From: Podarcis liolepis | Lineage: Eukaryota | Length of the DNA: 64,000 bases | Assembly (NCBI GenBank): GCA_965112155.1 | Contig: OZ218105.1 | Direction: 5' to 3' (one strand) | Shown here: positions 51,050-63,685 of the stretch, piece after piece | How positions within the stretch are numbered: the first letter of the stretch is position 1 | Layout: each line of letters begins with the position of its first letter | Notes under the pieces: model-generated | The model's input: the letters and a program-made list of their open reading frames with translations, nothing else | What the model was told of the DNA's origin: nothing | Databases searched by the model: none | Made by a program: the position numbers and the translations under genes

Positions 51050-51498
51050 TCAGCAATAGCTTCCTACATCAACTCCATACCCGTCAAACCTCAGCTAGGA
51101 GGATGGGACAGGAATAGCAATTCTTTGGAAGCAACCTTCGGGTCACCTATTTACTGTGGTACTGCTGCTGGGGAGTCCTTTGGTGGCAGGAACCAGGGGT
51201 GTTGCTAACTGGGCACTTGCACAGGCGCTGCAACTTGTGATTGATAGGAAAGACCCACTTAAGTGAAAAGGTGAACATATCTCTGGGAGGAGACGGAACG
51301 GCTGTCTTTTCTTTAAAAAATTGTCCTTGCCAGAGTTCAATCTCTATTTGTAACCATTAGCAGTAACAATACATGAAAAATATATGAGAGGGTTATTATA
51401 AGATCAATTGAATAAAAACAGGACTTGGGGTGGGGAAGATAAAACTACTTTTTTTTCTTTCCTTAGGAGCAGCATGACATTTAGGTAGTTTAGAATTA

Positions 51499-51707
51499 CA
51501 GTGGTACCTCTGGTTAAGAACTTAATTCGTTCCAGAGGTCTGTTCTTAACCTGAGGTACCACTTTAGCTAACGGGGCCTCCTCCTGCCGCTGCGCTGCCG
51601 GAGCACGATTTCTGTTCTCATCCTGAAGTAAAGTTCTTAGCTCGAGGTACTACTTCTGGGTTAGCGGAGTCTGTAACCTGAAGCGTTTGTAATCTAAGGT
51701 ACCACTG
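51499..51707. mobile_element. Tigger/pogo-like MITE
   Basis: CAGTGGTACCT TIR, TA flanks. Confidence 0.88.
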
Positions 51708-51905
51708 TATACTGCAGTCTCAGAGAAGCCTATGCAGGACTGGCAGAAAGTTAATTTGAATTTTATTTCAAAATTTATTTCAAAAGAAGGGCTAGAATTA
51801 ATTTCAGCATTGTTTATCAAAACTGCTTGCCCCTATGTATGATGATGACCTCCTCCCACACCACTCTTAGTGCATTAAGATCTTCAACTGAGGTCTCTCT
51901 CTGAG

Positions 51906-51908
<3 letters not shown>

Positions 51909-51948
<40 letters not shown>
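51909..51948. repeat. (AT)n microsatellite
   Basis: Direct reading. Confidence 0.95.
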
Positions 51949-51950
<2 letters not shown>

Positions 51951-54900
51951 AAATCAGAGTCATAACTAGGGCTGTGTGATGTATCAATACATTGTCTGAA
52001 ACCTGTCTGAAGATCAGATCGCGGTAACAGTTTCAAAAATTTTGAGCTTGCAAGCGTGCAGCTCTGTTGGGCGGCGATTGCTGGGAAGGACCACAGAGAG
52101 CGATTGACGTTGTGGTGGCCTTGGCAGAGGAAGCCTAAGAAGGTGCTCCTCTGCCTGCCTGCACCTTCCCTCCCTCCACAGCCCAGCTGTCCCTCCTTAA
52201 TTCAGACGTTGTAATATATTGGTGTACTGTATTGCGATGGTTAACTAGTGATATATCACTAGTTCTTGGTATGTGAAGAAGTGTGCATGCACACGAAACT
52301 CATACCAGTAACAATCTTAGTTGGTCTCTAAGGTGCTACTGGAAGGAATTTTTTAATAGTAATATATCACAATGTGAAAAATCAGATGTCGTCTATCTAG
52401 GAGCAAGGAACTGAAAGCTGAGCAGAGTGGAAAGGAAACAGAAACGAAACAGCGGAGCAAAGACAGACAGGGGCTGAGGGAGAGGTTAGGGTGGGCAGGC
52501 TGAAAAATGAGTTGCTATTGCCTTCTGAATGCTGGGTAGAGAGTGGGAATGGCCAGACCACAGAAGGACAGTTTGCTTTGGTCTTCAGTTGCTACCTGCA
52601 AAGTTAGCTGTTCATACTGCTCCCAGCTCCCAAGTGAGAAGGAATCCATTTAACCATGTGAAAGAGTTTTGTTTACTTATGCCAAGAGTACCACAAGGGA
52701 GTCTTTTCAGCACATCAAAAGGCGCAGTGCTACTTTTCCTAGAAAAAGAGGTGCCAAAACTCACCATGAACACCTCACTCGTTCTCTCAGAATGGCAATG
52801 ATGCCCACCTGAGAGGTGCTGAAACTGAGTTTCGGTGAGTTCAAGCTGAGAAAAAGCCCTGAAAAGGCTTCAGGGGAGCAGCGATGAAAAGGAAAGCCAA
52901 AAGCTCAATAGCTGGTGACAGCTTTTCAGCTGTTTTAGTCAGCAAGAAACACTACTCTTGCGCTCCTGTGGTGGTGATTTCTGTCACAAACAAGTGGCAA
53001 GATTTCTATCTCCACATGGTCACAAGGGGGCGCTCCTTAGTTCCAAAAGGCGACTGGCTCCCGGTTAGTTTCAAATGCTGATGCAGCAGGCACATAAAAG
53101 TGCATAAAAGTGCCGCCTGTCTATATGTATGCATGTCTGTGGCCCGTGTGTACAAAAAGTGTGCACAAGTATGGTCATGTCCACGTCGTCACATTTGCTG
53201 CAGCTATGTGCCTCTACAAACTTGGACCAACAGGGAGCGTGGCAAAAAATTCTTAGTCATGTCTGCACTAGACTTCTCAGTATTGTAGCAGGTCTAGGGT
53301 AAAGAAAAGCCTGCCTGCTGCCATTCAGAAAACAGACAAATTGCTAATTAATTAATATTTTGCATCCTTTTCCCCCTCCAAGTTCATCTGACTTTACACT
53401 TACAGCCTGGTATATTGTCTGTTTCCCTGTGTGAGGAACAGACCTATGAAGCTTGCTGCTCAACAGGATCAACCGGACAGAGTTTTCAACCAATTTGGTT
53501 CCTTATTAATGTAGCAGGTGGTCATATTAGCCTCCCTCTGAACTCAAAACGCATTTTGGGGGAAGCTGTTACATCATCTCAATCTTCTACCCTTTCCTCT
53601 TCCACCCTACCCATCATTTAATTTTCTTCTATTGCCTTTTGGAGTGCTTAACTGGCTAGATTTTCTTTTTGTTTTGTGGAATATTCTTGCTTGTTTGATG
53701 TACTACATTGTCCCATGCTCTGAAACTCTAAGAAAAAAAATAGACCCTAACTTCTGTCACCTAGCGGGATCAGGGCTTCCTGCACTTCTGAAGTTACATG
53801 TATATACAGGCAACCCCCATTTTGTGTGGGGGTTACGTTCTGGGTCATCGCACGCGTCAGTGGAGTGCGCATAAGCCCACCCTGCCCACTTCCGGGTCCA
53901 AAAACAACTCCAGCATTTATGGTCACGCACTCTTTGAACGCACACAAAACAGGAGTTGCCCATAGACTGTGTGCCATGTCAGCACATTCAATTGCCAAAA
54001 GGTTTATACAGCTATTCTGAAGTTACTTATCTTAACTGCCCAGGCACATTCTATTGTCAAAACAATATATATTGCAGAGTACATGGGGGGGGGGGGGAGG
54101 ATACTGGACAAAAGAAACAGCTTCCGCTCGGATAACACTCTATTCCAGAATAAGCAACAGATTATGCATGAAGTTCATAGTGCAATTTAGGATCACTTCA
54201 CATTACGTGCAGATTGGTTTCCAGCATGTCCTTTTGTGGTACGCAATGCTACTCCTACTCAGAGTTGACTTTGCCTGCAGGCTAATAATTAATGATCCCA
54301 GGCAAACAAGGAAGGAAAGCTGTAGCCCTCCAGTGCTGTTAGCCTCCATTAGCCTCCATTAGCCTCAGCCAACACACTCAACTGGCAGCAGTCAGAAACT
54401 ATGATGGGAGTTGCAGTGCAGTCCAACACCATCTGGGGAACCACAATACATATTGTAAGGATTTATTAAGCATTATTCTATTAAAAATATAAAAATGTGG
54501 GTCACAAATTGAGGTCGACTTGATGTTAAGATGAAGGCATATTAAAAATGTGGGCACAGCATAATCTTAGCATTCAACAGCTTTGAGTGGGGGGTTGTGT
54601 GTGTGTGTTTTTTTATCAATCAATGGTATATACGTTCTAAAAAATAAATTTTAGGCTGCAATTCTATGCACACTTTCCTAAGAATAAGCCTTACTGAAAA
54701 CAGTGGAAGTTGCTTCCAAGTAAAGTTGCAGAGAATTGCACAAGAAGTCCCACTGATCTAGGGCTGAACTGAACAGGATGGTAGTAGTTCTTTGTATTTA
54801 AGCACAACAAATTTTAAAAGTAAACTGACTGGAGATGGGCTGCAGTTCACTGGCATTGTTTATTTATTCCCCTCTTTCTCTGACATGACTCAATCTGACT

Positions 54901-55593
54901 TACAGATGAAAACAAGAACCTCGAAAAACACAAAGAAAAAAAATCACTGAAAAACTACTGATAGAATTAAAACTATATACAGATATAAAATATATTAAAA
55001 CCATACCAATAATTACAATAAAAACAGCATGGCACCAGTACTTTCATTAAAAACAGTCAGTTCCCCAAAGCCTGCTGTAACAGAAAAGTATTCACCTGCT
55101 GGTGGAAGGAAAGAAGGATGGAGATGATCTAGATTCCCTAGGGAGGGAGCCCCAGAGTTTGGGAGCAGCCACCGAGAACATCCCCACTCAGCCTGCCTGT
55201 GAGGGTGGAAGGACAGAAAGAAAGGCCTCCCACAATATCTCCAAACCTGGGCAGGTATATGAGGGAATACGGTCTTCCAGGTCATAACCAGCACTTTCAG
55301 TTGTGCCTGGAAACAGACTGGTAGCCAGTTGGGAGCTATTTCTAGCAAGTCGTCTGCTCCCCATAACAATCTGGCTGCAGCTCTTTGAGGCAGCTGGAGT
55401 CCCTGAACACTTTTCAAGCTCAGCCCCACACAGAGAGGACATCACTAGGGCGACGTGTCACTGTGGCCAAACCGGACACCTCCAGCAACAGGCGCCCATC
55501 TCCTTTGCATACATGAAGTTAAAGTCCTTAGGGTCTCCTGGTGGGGCTCGGAGGGAACCTTGGCCAAATAATAAAATAATAATAATAATAATA

Positions 55594-55853
55594 CAGTCAT
55601 ACCTCGGGTTGAAGTAGCTTCGTGATGAATATTTTTGGGTTGTGCTCCACGGCAACCCGGAAGTAACGGAGCGTGTTACTTCTGGGTTTCGCCGCTCGCG
55701 CATGTGCAGATGCTCAAAATGACGTCGCGCGCATGCGCGGAAGCGGCAAAATGTGACCCCCACGTGCACAGACACGCAGTCGCGTCTTACGTTTACTTCA
55801 GGATGCGAACGGGGCTCCGGAACGGATCCCGTTCGTATCCAGAGGTACCACTG
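55594..55853. mobile_element. Tigger-like MITE nested in an L2 tail
   Basis: TA|CAGTCATACCTC ... GAGGTACCACTG|TA. Confidence 0.8.
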
Positions 55854-56142
55854 TAATTTATTATTTATACCCCACCCATCTGGCTGAGTTTCCCCAGCTC
55901 CCAATCGAGTGTTAAAAACAATACAGCATAAAATATTTAAAACTTCCCTAAACAGGGCTGCCTTCAGGTATCTTTTAAAGAGAAGATAGCTGCATATTTC
56001 CTTCACATCTGAAGGGAGGGTGTTCCACAGGGTGGGCGCCACCACCGAGAAGGCCCTCTGCCTGGTTCCCTGTAACCTCACTTCTCCCAATGAGGGAACC
56101 GCCAGAAGGCCCTCGGCGCTGGATCTCAGTGTCCGGGCTGAA
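55854..56142 (-). mobile_element. L2-type LINE 3' fragment
   Basis: Reverse complement of 60619-60963. Confidence 0.8.
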
Positions 56143-56848
56143 TCCCTCGGCCAGCCCCTGCCAGCAGTACTGAGCTAGCAGACCACAGGCCTGGCATGGT
56201 GGAAGGCAGCTTCCTACGAGCGCACCGCCCCGTGTCCGGACTGCAGCCCGACCCACCTCCTCCCCACCCGCGCTGGAGGCGCAGCCCGAGAAGCGCCTCC
56301 CGGGGCTTCCTGAGGCAGAGGCCCCGCAGCCCTCGTTTCGGCTTCGGGAGGGCCGAGAAAAAAGGCGCCTGACGGGGGGTGGGGTGGGGTGTGAAGCAGG
56401 CACCGCATGAAGGAGCCGGACGGCGCGCAGGAAGCGGGCTGGCCGCGTCCACACGGGCGGGCAGGCGCAGGTAAGCGGCCCTCTCCCCTCCCCGGAAGCG
56501 GTGCTGTCGCGCGACGCCCGTCCACAAGCGAAGCGGAACCGACTCGCTCCCTGGGAGCCGTCAGCCCGGACTCCGGAGGCCTTTTTCTGCTCCGCGCCTT
56601 GGCCTCAGAGGGGGGGGGGTTCAGTTGGGTAAAAGTCGCGCGCATTCCCTCCCCCCCCTCAAAATATGCGGGCGCCTCACACAAACAGCGCTTCTCTGAG
56701 GGGAAAAGAGGCGGGGGGGGGAGGGGACGGGAAGCGCTTCTTCTCCGGCGGGGCTGTGGGGAGGCTTCCCTTCCCTCCCCCCCCCCAGGCCAAGCCCGGA
56801 GAGAAGGTCTCCCCTCGCCCCCCACCCCCGGCACCGCGCGAGCCTCAC

Positions 56849-56908
56849 CTTCTCCCGGCTCCCCTTCTCCTCCTCCCGCGGCAGCGGCTCCTTCGCGGCC
56901 ACAGACAT
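56849..56908 (-). CDS. SNX5: SNX5 first coding exon
   Basis: ATG in CpG island; MSVAAKEPLPREEEKGSREK then AAG|GTGAGG donor, phase 0 matching exon 2. Confidence 0.75.
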
Positions 56909-57260
56909 GACAGCGCCTTGCCTCTTCGGCCCTCACTGCGCAGCCGCGGAGGCTCCCCCGCGCGCCGCCTTTTCTGCCGCTCGGGAGGAGGAGGAGGCGG
57001 CCCCGCCCCGCCCTAGAGATAAGAAAAGGGTAGACGAGCCCCGTTTGCCCCTGCCAGCGCATCTTCTCCCTAAGCCGCCTTGAGTCCCGTGTCCGGGGAT
57101 GGGGAGGAAAGGTGGGCAGCGCCGGCCGCCCAGGAGGAGAGCTGAGGCGACCGCCTTTCGGCGGCAGGACCCACGGGGCAGCAGGTCGCGATGTAAGCCT
57201 GGACAACACGCAACACAAGACACCCCTCTATGGCCCAAGGGTTGCATTAACCCTTGCTTA

Positions 57261-57678
57261 AGGTCCGTAAAGCTATGGTTTTCCCAGTAGTGATGTATGG
57301 AAGAAGGCTGATCGCCGAAGAATTGAGGCTTTTGAATTATGGTGCTGGAGGAGACTCTTGAGAGTCCCATGGACTGCAAGAAGATCAAACCTCTCCATTC
57401 TGAAGGAAATCAGCCCTGAGTGCTCACTGGAAGGACAGATCCTGAAGCTGAGGCTCCAATACTTTGGCCACCTCATGAGAAGAGAAGACTCCCTGGAAAA
57501 GATGGGGAAAGATGGAGGGCACAAGGAGAAGGAGACGACAGAGGACGAGATGTTGGACAGTGTTGTCGAAGCTACAAACATGAGTCTGACCAAACTGCGG
57601 GAGGCAGTGGAAGACAGGAGTGCCTGGCGTGCTCTGGTCCAGGGGGTCACGAAGAGGTGGACACGACTAAACAACAAC
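57261..57678 (+). mobile_element. RTE/BovB-like LINE 3' fragment
   Basis: AAAGCTATGGTTTTCCCAGTAGT..RVPWTARRSN..LKLRLQYFGHLMRREDSLEK..GGACACGACTAAACAACAAC. Confidence 0.9.
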
Positions 57679-58992
57679 CTAGCAGGAGTCACCTGGCAGC
57701 GGTGGGTGTGGCCTCAAAATTCGCACACCCAGGGCAGACTCCCTGCAGGTGAGCGGAGAGCGGGGGATGAGCTCTGATTCGCAGGTGACTGACCTGACGG
57801 CTTGCGGGGGGGGGGACTTTGCATCTCCAGGGGAAGCCGGGGTGGGGAGGGCCACCCGCATCGTGCAGCGGCTGCGTGGCGGGGCACTGGAAGAGCTGTC
57901 CAGGCATGCCAGTGGAGAGGCTATTTGGGGGCGCTTTGCCGAGGCCCCCCTAAAACCTGGAACCCTATCTCTTTGCGGTCAAAGACAACAGGTTTGTGCG
58001 GATCCCTCCCGGCATAGCAAAGACTCCCAACACAGAAAGCTTTTACTAAATCGCACCATGCAAAATGGCTTGAAGCACACAAATAAAAATATGCCCTCGG
58101 AGTAAGGTCAGGAACTGTGCTTTGCTTCTGGATTCCTCCCGTCGGGCGGGTGGGGAGAGGGAGGGGGAAGTGTATTGAAACCCGGAATATCCCCCCGCGC
58201 GTAGCATTCACCATGTTCTAGCTCTCGGCTTCTCCTTTTCCGCCCGCCTGGCTTCGCTTCCGGCGGACAAGGCGGGCGGAAGTGACGTCGTGAGGCCAGC
58301 GGCTGAAGGAGGCCGTCGGGATGTTCGTCTGAGGCTGGCGTCGCTCCCGCGGGACGTGGAGGTCCAGCCGGGTGACTCCCGCCTCTTATTCAGGTGGCTC
58401 TTAAGGAGTTGTCTTTCGCTCCAGCCGCTTAGACGCATCTTCTTCCCTCAGCCGCTTCCCGTTTCGACTGCTCTTCTTCAAGGCTCCGGCTTTATTCAGC
58501 TGGGAAAGCTGCCGTGGTGACTACAACTCCCATCATCCCTTGCTAGCAGGACTCATGGTCAGGGATGATGCGACTTGTAGTCCGAAAACAGCTGGAGACC
58601 CAGGTTCTTGGGGGAAACGGGTTATCTCTGATACTGATGGCACTTCCTTCTGAGGAAATGTGCCTCAGAGAGAATTGTCAGTGCAGCTAAAAAGACATGA
58701 TAGTAGTTGGAGAGCCCAATACATTTTATGATTAAATTGTGCCCCTCTTGGTGGTAAAATGCAATTATTTCTTGAATATGTCATACTTTGCTGCACTTTA
58801 CTGTTACCTCAAAATCTGCTATCTGAAGCATATTTGATGTATCACCCTGACAGTAGTCGTGGCAGACCTGATGACAGCACACAGCAAATAACCAAAACTT
58901 TTTATATTTAATAGGAAAATTATGGGAAAGTAGAAGCATTTCTCAATGAAACATCTTCTGGAGTCCGCCTTCTGTAAATACTGTCTTGCAGT

Positions 58993-59518
58993 ATGATGTC
59001 ATTTCTCTGCATTAACAGAAAATGTTGGAGAGTCCCAATGTTGTTGAGAGGAATGTTGAACCAGGAAGGATTCAGGTTTAGATCACTTGCTGCTTCATGC
59101 TCTCTCTATGGGAAGAAGAAAACAACCATCCGGTATGAAAACATTGACCAAGAAAAATACAGAGATTTGATCAACTACCTCACATCCTACAAAGACAGTT
59201 CTCAAAGACCTGAATTGGTATTTGAAGAAGGTAACATGCTAAATGGACCAGAAAGGAAATATAAGAACTCAGACCAGGAGGGTGAACCAAAAGTTTGTAG
59301 GAACTGGAGTCCTCTAATGAATCCCAATAAGAGCTCTTTGCCTCAAGAAACTGCTCCGGGGCAGCCTTTGCAAATCAGTTTGCAAAGGAAAAACTTGGCT
59401 AGTGTGACAGCTGTTCTACAACAGACCATGCCTGTGGAGCAAGCTTTTTATCTGGAGAAGTGGAAACAGCGGATGATTCTAGAACTTGGGATAGAGGGTT
59501 TTGCCGAATACACTAAAA
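58993..59518 (+). CDS. MGME1: Mitochondrial genome maintenance exonuclease 1, first coding exon
   Basis: Basic N-terminal presequence-like stretch; YENIDQEKY...SVTAVLQQTMPVEQAFYLEKWKQRMILELGIEGFAEYTK resembles human MGME1; GTAAG donor; head-to-head with SNX5 as in human. Confidence 0.9.
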
Positions 59519-60618
59519 GTAAGCAATGACTAAATGTATTGATATATATATATATATTTAGGAACATCCTAGGGTGGGTTGATTGAAATCACCAAGAAAA
59601 AAGGGGGCGAATTAATCAATGATTCCATGTTCTGAGTTTAGTAAGAATCAGCAATGTAATTTAGTAACAAATCACCACTTCCTTTCCCCTACCCCTCTGC
59701 TGCTGGAGGCCTTGACTGCTTTTACTAATGCACATATCAGTAAGTTTAATATGTTAGTCAAATCAGTGTCAGAAATTTAACCTCATTTTGCTCAACTCCC
59801 ACTCTGCATTTTCCTTCTGTGCTTTGCTATCAAAGCTGTGAGCTCTTCCTACCTGGATAAAGTGCATGTGTTTCAAGACAGCACTTCACACACATCCCGT
59901 TTCCTCCCCTTTTCCAACTGTGCAAGTCCATCTGTTTGAATCCCCATCCTAACAGCATAAATATAACACACCCAGAAGGGTTTCTGCTGTTGTTGCAAGA
60001 ACTTTACATTAAGGTCACATAGGACAGATGCAGCTTAAAAACCTTTTCAGCCGCAGATACTGCATCAGCTACAAGCTAAACAAGGGATGAAATTTAAGGG
60101 TCACAGCATGCTCACAAATTTGGTTCATTCACCATCTAAAACCAGTCAAGCATGCAGCTGTCGCAAAGTGATTGTTCAAAGAAGTTTGCAACTCCAGCTT
60201 AAGCTGCAGCTGTGACTCAGCTTAAGTGGAGTGGAGTTCAGTAGCAAAAGGAGTCCAGTTAGTAGGCAGAGTTTCCAGCAATGTCAGCTTCAGGAAAAGC
60301 ACCAGTGAGAGGAGCTGGGAACTGAGAGTGGCTTTATTTTCAAGCCACCCTTGTCTAGCACCTTTGTTGTTTGACAAGTGATTTGGGTGGGGTGACATAG
60401 CAGACTGCAGGTGTCTGTTTTCACTTGTAACACTAAGTCATAGTTAATGTCAGTAAGCCAGCAACAAACCATGGCTTATTTTCATGAACAAGCCATCATT
60501 AGCAAACCATAGGTAAGGGACATACTGTGCAAGCCAGGTAAAAGGCACCCATTATAGACTTTATTAGTTTTAAGCAGCTGACTGACTCAGTAGAAATTGG
60601 TGCAGGTTGGAATCATTA

Positions 60619-60963
60619 TTGGTGAAGGAGCGTCTCCACCCCCATCGTTCAGCCCAGACACTGAGATCCAGCGCCAAGGGCCTTCTGGCGGTTCCCTCAT
60701 TGCAAGAAGTAAGGTTACAGGGAACCAGGCAGAGGGCCTTCTCGGTAGTGGCACCTGCCCTGTGGAACGCCCTCCCAGCAGATGTCAAAGCAATAAACAA
60801 CTATTTTACTTTTAAAAGAGAACTGAAGGCAGCCCTCTTTAGGGAAGTTTTTAATGTCTGATGCTGTACTGTTTTTAATATTCAGTTGGAAGCCGCCCAG
60901 AGTGGCTGGGGAAACCCAGCCAGATGGGCGGGGTATAAATAATAAATTATTATTATTATTATT
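60619..60963 (+). mobile_element. L2-type LINE 3' fragment
   Basis: RAFSVVAPALWNALP..FKRELK peptide; GGAAGCCGCCCAGAG..(TAT)n tail. Confidence 0.82.
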
Positions 60964-61220
60964 ACTGTGAATCAGGTCATTCTTGGCACTAGAATGCTGT
61001 GGTTGCTTAGGCTGTTTACAGATTATTGAGGGTCAGGTGCCATGGGTCTTGGGTTATGAAGCACTTTCCCTACGAGTCCTAATTTAACAAGATGTTAAGT
61101 GAGAGTCCTTGAAAGTGCATATACTGCCCTTCTCTTGACACCCCAAGTTGTCTTCCCCAGTTTTTGTTTTTATTACTTTCATACTTTGTATAGTGGACAA
61201 ACTCAAAAGCCATCAAAATA

Positions 61221-61546
61221 CAGTGGTGCCCCGCAAGACGAATGCCTTGCAAGACGGAAAACTCGCTAGACGAAAGAGTTTTCTGTTTTGGAGGTGCTTC
61301 GCAAAACGAATCTCCTGTGGGCTTGCTAAGCAAGACGAAAATGTCTTGCGAGTTCCTGCGGGGTTTTTCCCCTCCCCCCCTATTTCTAAGCCGCTTATCA
61401 GCTGATCCGATAAGCTGAAAAGCGGCTAAAAGCCGCTAATAGCACTAATCCGCTAATCCGTCAATGGGCTTGCTTCGCAAGGCGAAAAAACCGCTAGACG
61501 AAGAGAATCACAGAACGGATTCTTTTCGACTTGCGAGGCACCACTG
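61221..61546. mobile_element. Tigger/pogo-like MITE
   Basis: TA|CAGTGGTGCC(C/T)CGCAAG TIRs. Confidence 0.88.
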
Positions 61547-61745
61547 TATACAGTAGATGACTATGAACAAGTTACTGTTCAGTCAAAGCAGTTCATACAG
61601 TGATCTGCAAGTCATCAAGTTCTGAGTAATCAGGTTATGAAATAAAGTAATGTTCAATTTATGTGTGAAATGGTCCGCAGCATTAACCTTGCAAAGCCAA
61701 AGTTTGATTAAGTACTCAGTATAATTATTTTTTCTTGTTTTGCAG

Positions 61746-61965
61746 ATATCTTTCAACAAGGTAAATTATTCCATGCAGCCATGGAAACTTTACTTTTAGC
61801 TGAAGAATTCTCTGTGGAGCAGGAAGAAGACACCAATGTATCTGGCTACATAAAAAGTGTGCAGCATGTGCTGCAACATGTTACTGGAGTGAGAGTCCTT
61901 GAAAGTGCAGTACAGCATGAGACCCTTCATTACCAAGGCCTAGTGGATTGTGTGGCAGAATATCG
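61746..61965 (+). CDS. MGME1: MGME1 second coding exon
   Basis: 220 bp, AG/GT; NIFQQGKLFHAAMETLL...SGYIKSVQHVLQHVTGVRVLESAVQHETLHYQGLVDCVAEYR. Confidence 0.94.
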
Positions 61966-62445
61966 GTGAGTGGCCAACTTTGCATAATACTGTACGTGAA
62001 CGCTCCAAACCATGTTCAATGCTTTAAAGTCATGTTGACTTAGGCATATGCTTTGCTTTCCCATTGAAATCAATGGGACAAAAGTGTCTAACTTCAGGTG
62101 TCTTGTGCCCTGAATGTTTAAAACTATCTAGATTTATACCTGCCCTATGCTGCAAACTGAGACACAGGAGTCTGCACCCCATTCATCCTCTCCCAAACTC
62201 TGGGAGTTGAGTCAAGAGTGAAGCCAAGGTAGCTTGCCCAAAGTGACTCAATTAGGTCATCCTTTTCCCTAATAATAAATTGGGTGGCTTTGTACTTACT
62301 AGACCAGCAAAACAGGCCACTCAGAGAAAAAGTGTAGGGGGATTCTGCATAGTCATTGCCACCTTGCTTTTGTACCACTTTTGCATATATTTATTTCATG
62401 CATTAAATTGTTTGTGCTTTTTAAAAATGGTATAATAGCCAAGTA

Positions 62446-62689
62446 CAGTGGTACCTCTAGTTACGAACTTAATTCGTTCTGGAGGTCCGTTCTAATCCTG
62501 AAACTGTTCTTAACTAGAGGCATGTTTTCACTAATGGGGCCTCTTGCTGCTGCTGCTTCGCCGCCGGCACACAATTTCCATTCTCATCCTGGGGCAAAGT
62601 TCTCAACTCGAGGTAACTCTTCCAGGTTAGCGGAGTTTGTAACCTGAAGCGTTCATAACCTGAGGCGTTTGTAACTCGAGGTACCACTG
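62446..62689. mobile_element. Tigger/pogo-like MITE
   Basis: CAGTGGTACCT TIR, TA flanks. Confidence 0.88.
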
Positions 62690-63374
62690 TAGTAGATTGA
62701 TAGATTTTACATTTTTAAATTTTACTGCTGTAAAGCTACCTTGTATTTGCTGCCATGGCAGCAAAGCTGCAGTGCAAGCACCTTAAAAAATATAGATATG
62801 ATTAAAACACACACATAACAAATACATTAAATCTGATTTCTCTTAAGATTGTGTACAAGCACTCCTCAGGGGTACCTTGTCCACAGTTCTTCACTCTTGA
62901 AGGACCCTACATTCCTTAGTCCCTTCATCAGATGAAGGGAGCATCAGAGGAGAGGCTCCAGAGAGCTTTGGCACATCTAAATTTCCACCTCTGTTGAAGT
63001 AACAAAACAGGAGGAGGAGCTGCCTCTGCCTCAGTTAGCTGAGTGGCTTCCACAAGCTCTGCAGCCTGACATCAGCACAAGTCCCCACTCTTCACCTGGG
63101 CCCTGGGATGGAGGCTCTCTCTTATGTTGTGCTGATTTTAGAAGCACTTGTGTCAGCAATGAGAAACTTTGCTGATGAATTTATACAACCGGAAGCAGCC
63201 TCATCTCACTGGAGCTGGAGAAGAGGGGTGGACTTGTCCAACAGGGAGCCCCTTGCTCAGTGTGGTGTTGGACAAGCCCTCACCCCCCTCCCTCAGCGAG
63301 GAGGGTCTGTAACAAGCACAAGCATTTTGGCTGACCGATTCATAACTGTTTCCTTTTTACGCTTGGGCACACAG

Positions 63375-63507
63375 AGGGAAATTATGTGCAATTGAATGGA
63401 AGACATCAGGGAAAGCGAAACCATTTCTTCGGAATACGTTTGACAATCCACTCCAGGTTGCAGCATACATAGGAGCCATTAACCATGATGCCAATTACAA
63501 CTTTCAG
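63375..63507 (+). CDS. MGME1: MGME1 third coding exon (final exon beyond window)
   Basis: 133 bp, AG/GT; [46 protein letters not shown]-(D/E)xK motif. Confidence 0.94.
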
Positions 63508-63685
63508 GTCAGTAAAGTGGGCATGACAATTCAAATAATTTTTTGCACTTGCTGCCTCTTATTTCCACATGCTCATTCTGGAGGTGAATCTGTTTTATCC
63601 TATGACATTCCAGAAAAATAAGGACAGTGAAGGGTGGGGCAGGGAAAAAGGTGTTCCTATACCCTGGGTGAGCTGGGACAAAGTA

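Larger units (their letters stand above)
56150..58520. promoter_or_regulatory. CpG island / bidirectional SNX5-MGME1 promoter
   Basis: GC- and CpG-rich; GC box (GCCCCGCCCC, 57000-57009), ETS cores (CCGGAAG), composite CGGAAGTGACGTC at 58277-58289; divergent genes on either side. Confidence 0.85.

Noticed and set aside
56407-56476. Plus-strand ATG followed by a strong CAG|GTAAGC donor, as a possible upstream MGME1 coding exon
   Set aside because: Not in frame with the MGME1 ATG using either candidate acceptor; no other support.
56214-57218. 334-aa and other ORFs in the CpG island
   Set aside because: Stop-poor GC-rich promoter sequence; only the 20-codon SNX5 exon is supported.
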